Under the pieces are notes generated by a model. The model worked only from the letters and a program-made list of their open reading frames with translations, ran no database searches and had not been told where the DNA came from. This document shows, one piece after another, positions 1-14,091 of a DNA stretch of 64,000 bases. Positions within the stretch are counted from its first letter, which is position 1; every line of letters begins with the position of its first letter. The DNA is from Eledone cirrhosa (taxonomy: Eukaryota), in NCBI GenBank assembly GCA_964016885.1, contig OZ024741.1, positions 87,854,001 through 87,918,000 of the forward strand. The letters run 5' to 3'. The translations under genes and the position numbers were made by a program.

Positions 1-1810
1 TTTTTGTTTAAGATGTGGTCTGTGGCGTAGAGTATTTCCAGGGCCTCAGCGGCGCAAAGGTCCTATGGTCTTTTATTTCCGTTATACGATCTAGCCCTAT
101 CTAGGATCTCCCACTGTAACTTATATTGGGTGTGGTTGTCTTTTAGACTCCAGATATAAGCTGAAAGTGACGTCATATTCCTTCTTAGAGGGTAACGAAA
201 AGAATGGGTATGCATGTAAAGACGCTGCTTGAATCTATTGGCGGTTAACCCTATGTAGGCCCTACTGGGCGTGGGTGTTACAACCTTACATTTGTAGACA
301 ATGTTACTAGAGAGGCATTTCCCGGATAGGGGGCAATCAACCCGATTCCTACAATTACAGTTAGTACTAACTACAGGGCTGCACATGTTCCTACGGCTTG
401 GTAGTTTAGCTAAATTTGAAGCTGTGATGTTATGTGCAAGGTTAGGAGTCGTAGAGTAAGAAATTTTAATAGTATTTCTATTAAAAATTTTACTATATTT
501 ATGTGTAGGGGGAAAATGCTTCGTAATAAGGGAAAGAAAGATCTTAGCTAATGTGTGGCGACCTCCATATTATATGGTGGGTTATACCAACAAATGCGAC
601 GGCATCTATTTCTTCTAGGTCTATTTTCGTACTCTGTATATGCTATCTTATCGACAAATCCACTTCGAGCAAGAGCTTCATTGTAATAAGTGGAATGGTC
701 GTTGAAAATACGCTCGTTGGTGGAAAGACGGGAAAGCCTCAACGAAACGTTTCTTACCAGGTTCTTGGTTATGCTGGCAGGATGGTTGGAATGCTTACTT
801 ATGTAATTAAGCGTATCATTCGGCTTTCTATACGGGTAATACAACCCATTCAATAAATTGAGGGTAACGTCGAGGTAATTAACGACCGAGAGATTGGCCT
901 CAACCTGTCTAGAGAGGTTGAAGCCTTTAAAGAAGGCTGTGAGTTCTTTTCTGAACCTGTCGCAAGCGCGAGGTCCGCACTTAGTCATGGTCAAAAGACG
1001 ATCGTCACGGTACAAACCACCGCCCGCGTTGGGGAATTCATCCTTGATAGAGAAAAGAAGGAAAAGGCCGATAAGATCAGTAACCTCCGCAGAATGACTG
1101 GCGCCCATACTCACGTCGAATGAGGTACTATTGGATTTTTTAATCCAAATAGAGTCGTCGAAATTAATCACCGACTTTCGGGCATTGAGGATGACATCAA
1201 CTTCGAAATCCTTAACCACTGTGAGTGTTTTAGCGAAATTGATAGCTCTAAGGAGAAGTGGTAAAGTGATGGAGGAGTAGTAATTGTTGATGTCGAATTG
1301 GATAAAACGGCAATGTTCCTTGTTACATATGCCGTTGATCCAATCAATCACCGCGAAAGAATTGTTCCACAGTGCAAGAGGGGCCAAACTTCTAATTTCA
1401 GGTATAATTCTATCAAGAATCGTTTTACTAAGTCTGCCTAAATCGGACTTCGTAGGGTTAATAAGCCGAATAGAGGGGTTGTTCTGAAAATTGGATTTGT
1501 GATCCTTCAGGGTAAAGTGGGGAGAAATAGGGTCCAGAGGTTCGGTCCGGTCCAGGATGTTGAGATCAGATGTGATTTTAAACCCAGCATCGTTGATTTC
1601 ATTGATGACGCACCGATTAGTTTTACGGTAATCCTTAGTTACAGCATTATGTAGTAGTTGATGGTAAGTACTGCGTTCCACTTGATATAGGTTGCCAGTT
1701 TTGTCGGAATGGACGTGCACGGCATTAGAATCCTTAATAGAACGAATTCTATTCTTCAGGTCTTGCTGGAAGGAATTGCTCCTATTCCGAAATTTGATAC
1801 TCCGAATGAG

Positions 1811-1812
<2 letters not shown>
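1..1812 (-). mobile_element. Naiad-type Penelope-like element, family A; 5'-truncated, runs off the left edge, frameshift near 550
   Basis: ORFs 548..1906 and 63..386 contain SDKTGNLY, FIQFDI, MGA..SAEVTDL, YRDD, WYNPPY, CNCRNRVDCPL and IVYKC...YIG (RT + CxCx5C + GIY-YIG). Near-identical to 28824-30690. Ends in (TA)n at about 1813. Confidence 0.92.
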
Positions 1813-2585
<773 letters not shown>

Positions 2586-2607
2586 TATATATATGCATAT
2601 ATATATA

Positions 2608-2690
<83 letters not shown>

Positions 2691-2701
2691 CGTTTCTGAA
2701 T

Positions 2702-3418
2702 TTGTTTAGCAAGATTCTTTATCTGAAATCGTGTGTTGAAACCAAATGGGAAAAAATGGTAAATAATGACATAAATGGGACCTGCCCCTTGTATAGGAGC
2801 AAATTTTGGAATAGAATAGAAAGAACTAGGAACAAGGCCAATAGAATAAACTCATGGTATGATAGCAATAAATACCAGAGTGTAATGTTCATCAATACAA
2901 CCCCTAGAGGCGAACTAGCCTACAAATTTAGAAGGGCCCTAAATAAACATAAACTCAATATTAAGATAGTAGAAAGACCAGGTACCTCCGTAAAAACACT
3001 TATTAGCAAGACATACCCGTTCCAAAGACCCTCATGTATAGATAAGAAATGTATAACCTGTAAAATAAGCCCCCATATTAACTGTAAAACTAGAAATGTA
3101 GTGTATAGCATAAGATGTACTGAAGGACAATGTAGAAACAAAAATATAGTGTACATAGGTGAGACAGCTCGTAGTATAGGGGAACGAATAAACGAACACT
3201 GGCGAGACCTTCAAGATAATAAAGAATCATCTGTGCTCTACCAACATGCTAAGATAGAACATAGGGGTAAATTAGAGAACATAGAAATAAAAATAGAATC
3301 CACACACAGAAAAGATGCAATGTTTAGGCAAATTACAGAGGCAGTAAGCATAAAAGAATTACAACCAAAATTAAATAGAAAATATGAGTGGAACAGCAAC
3401 ATCACAACTTACAATTAA
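2702..3418 (+). pseudogene. 3' part of a PLE ORF (linker + GIY-YIG endonuclease); non-Naiad type with a CX4CxxC knuckle (Neptune/Nematis-like); 5'-truncated
   Basis: CIDKKCITC...NVVYSIRC...YIGETARSIGERINEH...HAKIEH...EAVSIKELQPKLNRKYEW; begins next to (TA)n. Confidence 0.88.
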
Positions 3419-3628
3419 GGACAAAATGAAAACACACACACACACATAGAACAAACAACCAACCAACAATAAATAAATAAATAAATAAACAAATAGATAA
3501 ATGAATACAAACACACACAGACACCCGGATGTGGCGCATGCGCAAACTGAGCACACAACACACACACAGAAACAAAATGGCGTAGGACAGAAGAAAGGAA
3601 AGGCACAGAAGCAAAGAAAGGAATCCCC

Positions 3629-3673
3629 AGTCACTGAAGAGGTCACAGAGTGTGTGACGAAAGGACTATGACT
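3629..3673 (+). ncRNA. Type I hammerhead ribozyme in the 3' terminal repeat of the PLE at 2690-3840
   Basis: AGTCA CTGAAGA G GTCAC..GTGAC GAAA GGAC TA TGACT. Stem I AGTCA/TGACT, CUA triplet, one extra G before stem II. Confidence 0.72.
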
Positions 3674-3831
3674 ATATATAAACAACTATCTGGTTGTGGA
3701 ACCAACCAACCAACCAGAAATTTATAAGTTTGTAGATTTGTAAATTTATAAATTTATAAATATATAATAAATTGAAGTGAAAGCAACTGGTGCGTGTGTT
3801 TCTTATTGGCAACATGACCCTCCCAAAGTAT

Positions 3832-3897
<66 letters not shown>

Positions 3898-3904
3898 TTA
3901 CACA

Positions 3905-6261
3905 CAAACACTTGCGTTGGTTCGAGAGGGCAGGTATGTGTTGGCGACGTTAATGAAGTTAATGATTGTTGAAGTATGGAGTTGTGCCTTGTGGTGGCGG
4001 TGGTGGAGTTGTGAACGACAAAAAATGTACAGGATCGAATAATACGATGGGTTACAGGTTAAAAAGTGACATAGGGAACACGGGGGAAAAAGTTTGTGGA
4101 CGTATAGCGATGTGTGTGGTCATGGTGGTGGTGGTTGTGGTGATGGGGTGATATGTTCAACAATATATTTACATGATCAGATGTTACAGTGGGTTACAGG
4201 GTAAAGCAGACAGAGAGGGCAGATATAACACAGTGGTTCTAGGAGGAGGGATGATATGTGTTGGTGATGTTAATGATGTTAATGATTGTTGAAGTATGGG
4301 GATGTATCTAGTGGTGGCGGTGGTGGTGGTGTGTGCGACAGTACATTTACAAGATCGAATTTTGCGTGGGGTTGTAGGTTAAGGGAGACAGAGGGAACAT
4401 GGGGAATAAGGTTGTGGGTGTGGGATGGTAGACATATAGCGATGTGTGCGGTGGTGGTGATGGTGGTGGTGGTGATGGTGGTGGTGGCGATGGGGTGATA
4501 TGATCGACATTATATTTACAGGATCAGATGTTACTATGGTTTGCCAGGTAAAACCTGACAGAGAGGACAGATAGAACACAATGTTGCAAAGATGAGGGGT
4601 GTATGGCGATGTGATTTTTGGTGGGGGTGATGTATGCGGCATGATATACAAAATACGGGCTTACAAATGGTTACATGCAATAAAATAAAATAAATTCACT
4701 GAGATGGGCGATGGTGAGACGGGGCAAAGGTGGTTATTATTATGTTGGGTCATGGTTGGTGTGCGGCCCTCCGCCGAATGTTTGTGAAGAAAATGTATTC
4801 AGCCTGGTGTGTCTGCAATTGATAATTATGTTCGACCTATAGTTTATGGCAGATTTTAATTTAATTATTTCTGCCGCCTCGGCCAGGCATAACCTGCAGT
4901 GGTTTCTGTCACTGGGGAGTTGCGCCACGCGTCTTTTGACTGACCATGTGATCTGGGATTCGATGTTGCTGTCCTTGAGGTCCCAGATCAAATCGGCCAG
5001 TCTAGTTTGGGATCGTTTCAGCCTATGTTTAAAAGAGCTTCTATGGTTATACCAGCGCTCATTAAACGTAGTGGAGGTCGCACCTATATATGAGTACTCT
5101 TTATTGCCAGCTGTGACATCACACCGGTAAACAATGTTTTTAACGAGGCACTCCCCCTTTAGTGGGCATTCAGCCCGTTTTTTGCAGTTGCAATTGGGTG
5201 TTACCAGTGTGGTGGCACGTTGTCGGTTGGTGGCGTGCTGTGTGGAGCTGGCATGTGGGTTGTTGTGTTGTGTTGTGTATGTGGTTTCGTTCTGGGTTGT
5301 GGTAGTGGTTTGTTGTGGGGCAACCATGTGTTTGCGTATTTTTGTCCTATTAGTGTGTGCTATTGTGTGACTTAGATTTGGTGCTGTGGAGAAAGAGAAT
5401 TTTACAGTGTGTCTATTGAAGAGCTTGTGGTATTTATGTGTGTGTGGAAAAGATTGTTCAAGAGCCCTGAAGAAGGTTCCCGGTATATTGGTGGCAACGT
5501 GTATAGAATATGGGGCGTTGTACGATGTGACAGGTTTACTTCGGGCTCTACCGTGTTTAGTGAGGTTTTTGTGGTTAGGTGGTAGTGTGGGTGCATTTTG
5601 GTCAGGCGTATGTGTCATAGGGGTTCCTAGAAATCTGTTGGCGTTATGTCTTTTGTCTCTATTACTACGTAAACCTGTGCGATAGTCGGAGTCCTTATTG
5701 AGGTTGGAGAGTATAGCTTTATCTTCTTTACAGTTGTGTGTAACGCTGCCTGCCCTGCCGGCTACAGAGGGTCTTAGGTTATTATTTGTTCTAGGTGTGG
5801 TGACCTCTTCTATGTTCGCTCTAGGGGTCCGGTTATGTTTAGCGGCGTTACGGTTCTATTTGGGTCGTTGTAAGAAATCTTCTCAATGTAACCAGCGTTT
5901 TCAAGTGCAGAGTTGTAGTATTCCGCGTGCTGGTTGAAGATAGTTCTGTTAGCCGACAGGGTGGACACTCTATAGGAAACGCTTTTAACTATTGAGTTAA
6001 TTATGCTCCTAGGGTGGTTGGAGTCTGTTGACGTATTTAAGATTTTCATTAGGTTTGTGGTATGGACGGTAGAGACCTGGGTCTAATTCTACGGTGACAT
6101 CTAAAAAGTTTACTGTCCTACTGTTAGGTTCAATTTCTACCGCTAATCCTTGGGTCTTAAGGATGTACCTAAGTCGTTTGTGTAGTCTATCTAATTGGCT
6201 ATTATTGAGTCTAATTGTCATTAGTAGGGCATCGTCACGGTATACCGTGACGATGCCCTAC

Positions 6262-6263
<2 letters not shown>
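3905..6263 (-). mobile_element. Naiad-type PLE family B, 5'-truncated at the YRDD motif, with frameshifts
   Basis: YRDDALL, VNFLDVT, YRPYHKPN, SNHP, YNAPYS, FSTAPNL, CNCKKRAECPL, IVYRC..YIG, CRLCLAE, CRH (ORFs 6009..6221, 5810..6049, 4740..5618). Confidence 0.88.
3935..4600. repeat. Degenerate tandem duplication of about 320 bp in the 3' UTR of PLE family B
   Basis: ATGATTGTTGAAGTATGG...GGTGATATG...ATCAGATGTTAC occurs at about 3962 and about 4282. Confidence 0.75.
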
Positions 6264-6332
<69 letters not shown>

Positions 6333-6582
6333 GTATGCATGTATGTATGTATGTATACACATACAATATAAAATGTGTGTGTGCTCATGCGCATGTGTAT
6401 GTGACACTCGTTATTTTTTCGATAGCTCTATCAGTTTAGAGTAATTTATTTGAGTGAAATATTTGATAAAATTTTGAAGTCATAGTAGTGAAGCACAGCA
6501 GGAGTTGTTTGACATCGATCAAACACACAAACACACACTCACACATACACACACACACATTCTCACATACACACTCTCACAT

Positions 6583-6645
<63 letters not shown>

Positions 6646-6796
6646 CTTGGTGTCCTTGAAATATGTATAATGAAATAAATATGGTTTTATAAATATAGTT
6701 TCCATTTGTTAATATCGTATTTTTACTCCAATTATTTGTTGATATCAGTTATAAAAATATTTGCTTGTTGTATCCCAACAATTTAAATTGAACTTT

Positions 6797-6869
<73 letters not shown>

Positions 6870-6914
6870 GTACGTGCACATATACGTATTTTACAATCTT
6901 ATAATAAGTTGTAC

Positions 6915-7095
6915 CTGTAATTCAAAGGGCCAGCCCTTTTACACAATGTACCACATGGAATCTCCCTGAGAACTACATTAAGAGTGCACATGTCTGTGGA
7001 ATACTCACCCACTTGCACTTTCATTTCACGAGTAAGCTGTTCCGTTTTTCCAACATATAGAACACTCATCGCTGGAACCGACGAGAGTCCAGCAC
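6915..7095. repeat. Dispersed repeat (probable SINE body); diverged inverted relative at about 8530-8710
   Basis: CTGTGGAATACTCACCCACTTGCAC matches the reverse complement of CATGTAAGTGGATGAGCATTCCACAG at about 8607-8632. Confidence 0.45.
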
Positions 7096-7273
7096 TTAAT
7101 TTATGCTACTGATTTTGGCTGCAAATGAGCGTTGAACAAGATGCAAGTAGATAGTTATGTCTGAGACGCGATTTCGATTCCTGATTATGGGGAACTTCAA
7201 TATTCCTGACCCATCAATGTCTTTGAAAGTAAAATATGTAGTTTTTTGAAAACCATAGGGGCCAGTATCTTTC

Positions 7274-7311
<38 letters not shown>

Positions 7312-7359
7312 CTCTTGTAGGATTTTAGTGGCTTGTTTCAGACTCATGTTGAAAAATAA

Positions 7360-7525
7360 TTGTTTCTACTTTTGGCACAAGGCCAGCAATTACCCAGTGC
7401 CTTACTGGTACTTTATTTTATCGACCACGTAAGGATGAAAGGCAAAATTAACCTCGGCGGGATTTGACAAGGGCCGTAACTCTATGCGTCAAAGCTTGGC
7501 GTCCGACCCTCTACCGATACTGAAA
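7360..7525 (-). mobile_element. tRNA-derived SINE with a Meta-like central domain
   Basis: Reverse complement contains TCAAATCCCGCCGAGGTTAA..GCCTTTCATCCTTAC..TCGATAAAATAAAGTACCAGT, the same as many other copies in the window. Confidence 0.8.
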
Positions 7526-8400
7526 AATAATGAGAAAAAATGTTGAAAAATAATGAGAACAGAGTCGAGACAAGAACGCAAATTGCTTCCCGCCATTGAT
7601 GATCTACATCAGATTTCGCACCAATGGAAGCCATACAATACCACAGAAAAGCTGATCCGAGAGCTCTGTTTGGTGATGATTCTGTTTTTGTTGTACACAC
7701 AGAAAGGGCTATGGTGCTCCTTATTTCATGCTTTGAAAATACTTCTGACCTCTTTGGCCTGATAGTTAGCTTGAAGAAGATGGAGGTCCTCCACCAGCCT
7801 GCTCCCGAGGGTGTATACAATCAATCAATATTTCCATCAAACAGGATAAGCTGAATGCTGTGCAGCAGTTCTACTATCATAGGAGTGTCATTTCCACCAA
7901 TCTAGAATCGACAAGGTATTAGACAACAGGATAGCCAAAGCCAGCAATGTCTTTGAGAGACATATCATGAAGATGTATAGAAATACCAACATCAAATCAG
8001 AGACAAAGCTCAGTGACTACAGGGCCGTAGTCCTAACCCTCTCTTTTACGCCTCCTGTAGAGATTCCACCAACGCTGTCTGCGCACTATATTAAATATAT
8101 TTAACCATATTAAACTGCGCACCATATTCAACATCCACAGGATGTAACCAGCACAGAGGTCCTCGAGAAAGCCAAGACCACCAATATTGAGGCTACTCTT
8201 CTGAAGACACAACTGCACTGGGCGGGGCATGTCTCCAAAATAGCAGACCGTCGCCTGCCAAAGATCGTACTCTACGGATAATTATCTTCTGGTTGTCGAA
8301 GCAGCAGTGCGCCCAAGAACCAGTACAAAGACTTGCTAAAAAGGCCCCTGAAAGTATGTAAAATCGATCTCCACCAGTGGAACATCCGGGCTGGGGTAGT
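7525..8400 (+). mobile_element. Decayed RTE-clade LINE, C-terminal half of the RT
   Basis: Fragments ALFGDD, FGLIVSLKKMEVLHQP, RIAKAS, YRAVVL, FHQRCLR, LHWAGHVSK, RLPKIVLYG. Confidence 0.85.
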
Positions 8401-8754
8401 TAGTAACATATCTAATGGTCTATATTGTTTCATATATGCTCCTTAAGGATATATTGTTTAACTGTAGAAATGAATGATTCAAAGTTATCTCAAAGACCTC
8501 ATAAAACAGAATACAAAATGCATTACACCATCAATCAACCTCCATCGATTTCGACGATGGGTGTTCCAGTTGTTCGATTAATGGAAGAGCCTACACATGG
8601 AATTAACATGTAAGTGGATGAGCATTCCACAGATATATGTATCCTTAACGTATTTCTCATGGAGATTTATCGTGACAGTGTCTGGCTCTTTGGATAACAG
8701 CAACGTACTTCCAAAGAGTTTTTGTCAGACCTAATTTCACTCACAAAACATGTG

Positions 8755-9880
8755 GTGAGCCGAGGTTATAGTAAATGACATTTGCTCAAGATGCTACGCA
8801 GTAGGATCGAAGCCGGAACCCAATGATTGCGAAGTGAACTTCTTAACCATTCAGCCATACTGCATCTTCTCGTTACACTGACATAATTCGCTAAAACACC
8901 TATACTCAACGGAATTCACCCATTAAAGTTAGCAATTTGGGGGAAGTGAAAGTAACTAGTAATTTATTCTATTGACCCCGGGAGGATGTAAGGCTAAGTT
9001 GACTTCGAAGGGTCTTGAACTCACAAGCGTAGAAAATCATAATTAAATAGCGCAAAACATTTTGTCAGACGCTCTACCGATACTACCCATTAATAACTGT
9101 TTCTACATTTGGCACAAGCCCAGCAGTTTAAAGAAAAGGAGAAAGTCTATTAGATCGATATCAGTGTATTACTGGTACTTTATTTTATCGACCCTTTAAG
9201 GACGAAGAGCAAAGCTAACCTCGGCGGGATTTGAACTCAGAACACAAAGTGTCGTAATAATGGTTTCTGATTTAGACACAGGGTCAATCATTTTGGAGGA
9301 GGAGAAAGTCAATTACGTCTACCTCAGTATGTGACTGATACTCTATTTTATAGACTCCGGAAGGATGAAAGGCAAAGCTTACGATGGCAAAATTTGAACT
9401 TAGAACGTAAAGGGCCGTAATAATGATTTCTACTATAGGCACAAGGCCAGCAATTACCACAGTGCATTACTAGTGCTTTGTTTTATCGACCCCGTAAGGA
9501 TGAAAGGCAAAGAGATCCTTGGCGGGATTTGAACTCAGAACGTAAACCCATAACTCTATGCTGCAAAGCATGGTGTCTGACACTCTGCCGTTACTGCCAA
9601 TCCATCGCCTTCACGAAGAGCCGTAATAATGATTTCTAGTATAGGCACAAGGCCAGTAATTTTTTTTTTGTGGGGGTGGGGGTCGGAAAGTCGATTAAAT
9701 CGACGCCAGTACGTTACTGGTACTTTATTTTACCGACCCCGTAAGGATGAAAGGCAAAGTTAACCTCGGCGAGATTTGAACTCAGATCATAAAGGGCCGT
9801 AACTCTATGTTGCAAAGCATGGCGTCCGACTTTCAACCAATACTGCCAATCCACCGCCCTCAAAGGGCTGTAATAATGGA
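8755..9880 (-). mobile_element. Cluster of about 6 head-to-tail SINE copies or fragments
   Basis: Repeated GGCACAAGGCCAG..CTGGTACTTTATTTTATCGACCCC..GGATGAAAGGCAAAG..GGGATTTGAACTCAGA blocks; tRNA-like head at 8755-8860. Confidence 0.8.
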
Positions 9881-12479
9881 AGCAATAATCATAGCAATGC
9901 CCAATGTTAAAATAAATACACTTACAACGTCGGAAACAAAAAAAATACACATTTGATTGATGGTACCTAAATCTTACAGCCAAAATTAAAATATCAAAGG
10001 TAATGCCTGCATTAATCACATCGCTCTGTTTAATATAAAGAAGCAGTAACACACGCCAACATTATTTCATTTTGAAAAGGAGACTATAAGCCGATAATGG
10101 CTCTAGAAATTTTACAGTTCCCAGTTACCTGCAAGGAACTCATACAAAAATGTGTGAAAGAAAATTATCAAGAGGATAAAGCTAGAACATAGTCCTGTTT
10201 TCAATGCAACAGAAACACACACAAACGCACGCACACACACATAGAAACCCAAACACATACTGTATATATACATACACACACAAATGCATATAAAAACACA
10301 CACAAACACCCACACACATACACATAAAAACATAACTACACGTACACACACAATCACACGCACATACAAACACAAACATGTACGCACACACGCACATACA
10401 CACAAACACACACACCTATACACATGCACATACACAGACATTTACACACATACAAACGCACAAACGCACACACATACACAAACACATAAACATGCACAAA
10501 CACACATGCACACATACATATACATAAACTCAAACACAGACATATATATGTTTGACTGAAAGTACAATCAGAAAGAAGAATAAAGATAATGATCTGAGGG
10601 TAAAAATCCAAGTTCCAGCAATTAAGTGAATTAAAAAGAAGTTTCAGAATTTTCAACAGCCAGACTTCACACTTCAACGATTGATAAAAAAAAAAAAAGA
10701 CATTATAGAGACAATGATAAACGCTAAAATATTATTCCTCGGGCAAACTGTCCTTCCTTGAACAGTTGATAAAACAACAATTAAAATCTGTTTTGAAAAC
10801 AAAACAAAACAAAACAACACACAAAAAACAAACAAACAAAAAACAACAACAAAAACAACAAAAAACAACAACAACAACAACAAAAACAACAAAAACAACA
10901 AAAGCAAACAAACAAGAAATCAACAACAAAAAAAGAAAGAACAAAAAAACAAAAAACTTTGTCATCAAGTAAATAATTCTGCTTTACTCACTACTAAAAC
11001 GATGTAATTTGATAATCAATTCTTTGCACTGTATATTTCTAAGAATGTTATATATTTATATATAACTAGCAGAAATACTGTACGTAGCTATTGTTCTTTT
11101 AACAGTTGAGAAAACAATTAACAACTAAAATCTGTTATGAACAGCCCCCCCCCCCCCCAAAAAAAAAAAACAACAACAGCAACAACAACATTTCAATCAC
11201 TTCTTAGAGATATACTTAAATGCTATTGATATCAAACAGTTTTTTTTTAATTATGTCGCCGGCATATAAACATTAAGCAAATTAAACAGTCCATTTCAGT
11301 TTGTTCTAATTTGTGTTTAATATTAGCACCATTTGATTATAGCTGTCTTTGGATGGAAACGTGTCGAACGTCAAACCCGACTAAGGAAATAATGTTTTAA
11401 TTGAACTTTCCATTGCTAATACTATATGCCGACTCTTAGCAGAAGAATGCGGGATTTGAACTCAGAATGCAATAAGCCGCAACATACCCCGAGGCTTATA
11501 ATCTAAACGCTTTAACAACTCTGCCAATTTACTGAGTTGCCTACTGATAAACCATCAACTATCCGTGAAACATTAAAAGGCAACCTCTTATGTTTCTCGA
11601 TGTACAAAGAAAATAATAGGATGTTTTCCTATTTGTGCACATCTTCAGTGCACATCTGTTACTTAGACTTAGATTCTCTTGTGCGGTATTAGGGTACCCT
11701 AACTATGACATTCTATTTGTTATTGGAACGTTGCTCCTTTCATCCCAGTGCCTCCAGATAAAACTACCATTTAACTCTTTGGCTGTTAGTCCCGTATAGT
11801 TCCTCTGGGTAGTTCTCTGCTAGTGTAGGTGTATTTCGCAATGTATCTGTATGCATTTGTATGCAAAGGAAACTACATTTTTTTACATGCAAATGATATG
11901 AACTCGCACTGACATATTTCGACATGAGGTTTATTTTATTTAATACAATGACGTTTATTCTCTACAAAATATTCATCTGTAACTTAAGCAGAAGCATGAT
12001 GGAAACATCCCACAACAGCATATTCGAAGATATTCTAACCCATACCAATTTTTTTATCGACTCTTGGACACCCCATAACCTCTATTCTAGGAGAGCGCAA
12101 TGTAGCGAATCACTTATAATTAAAAGGTAAACATTCTTTCGTGGCAGAGGAATGATAGGAACTTGCACATTTGATTTTGTGTTTATTTGCTTTAAAACTT
12201 AAGTACAGTAGTTATATTTGTTGAAGCCAGAAAGTCATGTGAACACTCGCACAGAATATCGTATTTATTATTATAGCTATCATAATGACAAAAGAAAAGA
12301 GAAAAAAAAAAGGAAAAAGGAAAAATGGGAAAAGGGAAAACATGGCTACAAGATGGCAAAACCATTGCTATGGTGAACAATCAGCGATGCCCTCTATATC
12401 AACCATTCCAATTTAGAGGGATCCTTGCTCAAGATTGATGCCCTCATCTCGATTTTGCAGATGAAAAGAAATAGACATT

Positions 12480-14091
12480 ATATTGACTGCTAGATGAACT
12501 ATGAAAGGTAGTTACTTGACTAGAGCCAATAGACCTAATAACTTTGATATCTCTATGGGGTCAAGTAACTCTGCTCAGGTTACTGACCTCGTAGGAATTT
12601 ACCTTTTACAAAGCTTAAGGAAGACTTGCTACATCTACAAGGAGGCTTATACAGAGACAATGCTCTATTTACCGTAGATAACTTCAACATGCGTAGAATG
12701 GGATTCTTAAGAAGCATTTGCATAAGTTTTTAAAAAGCTTTGGTCTTTCTATCACGATTGAACCAAACTATAAGGTGGTTAATTTCCTTGATGCTACTCT
12801 AGACCTTAATACAGGACTATTTCGTCCTTACCATAAACCCGGTGAAATTTTAATTTATATTAATTGCCTTTCTACACCCTCCACTGTTCTTAAATCTGTT
12901 GTAAAGTCCATTTCCCACAGAATCTATAGGCTCTCAGCAAATGAGAATATTTTTAATGAAATTGCCTGGTACTATAATGAGGCCCCGTCTAAACCAGGCC
13001 ATATAGATAAAATCTATTACTTATCTTCCATTCCATCAACCTGAAAATTAAGTAATAATAATGTAATCATAGAGAGTTTCATCTCTAGTAAGAATAGGTT
13101 TTAAAACGCTGATAGAAAAAACCCTGCCCTCCCCCCCCCCCCCCTGTAATTGCTTATTACCTACCGCTAGCAATAAATTCAGAATTAGCCCTTATAGACA
13201 CTTTAACCAGATGCCTCCCTTAAATAATAAAAAAAATTACCCACCACTACTCTTATTAATCTAAAGAATACTCTAAATTTACCTATAAACCTCTCTAATA
13301 ATCCTAGTACTTGGCGCCGTAAGAGATCTCGTAATCTGTTATGGCTTAATCCTCCCTTCTCACTTAATGTTGCTTCTAATCTCTTTAGAACATTCTTCTC
13401 CATCTTGCGTAATAATTTTCCCCTTAACCACATATACTATGAACTATTTAACAAAAATAACGAAATTTCATTCTCTACTACCCCCAACCTAGCTGATTAC
13501 ATTGCCGTTAGAAACTATAATATTCACATCTACCTATTAACCATCTGCATACGAACATTTCTAACCATAACCCTAATCCTGTTAACTCTCCTATCTCCTT
13601 ACCAACATATGATACGCCTTTTACTTCTGCCCCCACAACTATACTATATATTACTAACAACCGTAACTGCATAAATCCTAACAACTGACCTCTGAATGGT
13701 CATTGCCTCACTAATAATGTAATATATAGATGAATGCTTAAAACCTGTAGTGACACTAAAACTTACATTGGTGTTACCGCTAACCCTTTCAAAATTCGCT
13801 TTAATTCTCATACACATTCTTTTATAAATAGTAACTTAAAATCTACTTCATTAGCTAGACACATAAATACACTTAAAACTCTCTAATATTGAATACTCTT
13901 TAGTTTGGGACATTTTAGCCAAATCTTCTCCATACAAAGGCCGTAAGGGTCATTGCGATTTACGTTTATCCGAAGCGTATTTCATAACATTATCTGAACC
14001 TCGCCCCATAGATGAATGAAATGAGATTGCTATTAACTGTCATCATCGCTTGGCATACTCATTCGCCAATAGGGCTTTTGATCCCACTTAA
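12480..14091 (+). mobile_element. Decayed Naiad-type PLE family C (RT palm to endonuclease C-terminus), followed by a long T-rich 3' region
   Basis: FDISMGSSNSAQVTDLVG, GGLYRDN, VNFLDATLDL, WLNPPFS, FSTTPNL, RNCINPNN*PLNGHCL..VIYR*..YIG, NCHHR; several stops and frameshifts. Confidence 0.88.

Noticed and set aside
10112-10972. Many ORFs rich in YI, HT, CV, LS or RE dipeptides here and throughout the window
   Set aside because: They are translations of microsatellites or low-complexity DNA, with no protein motifs.
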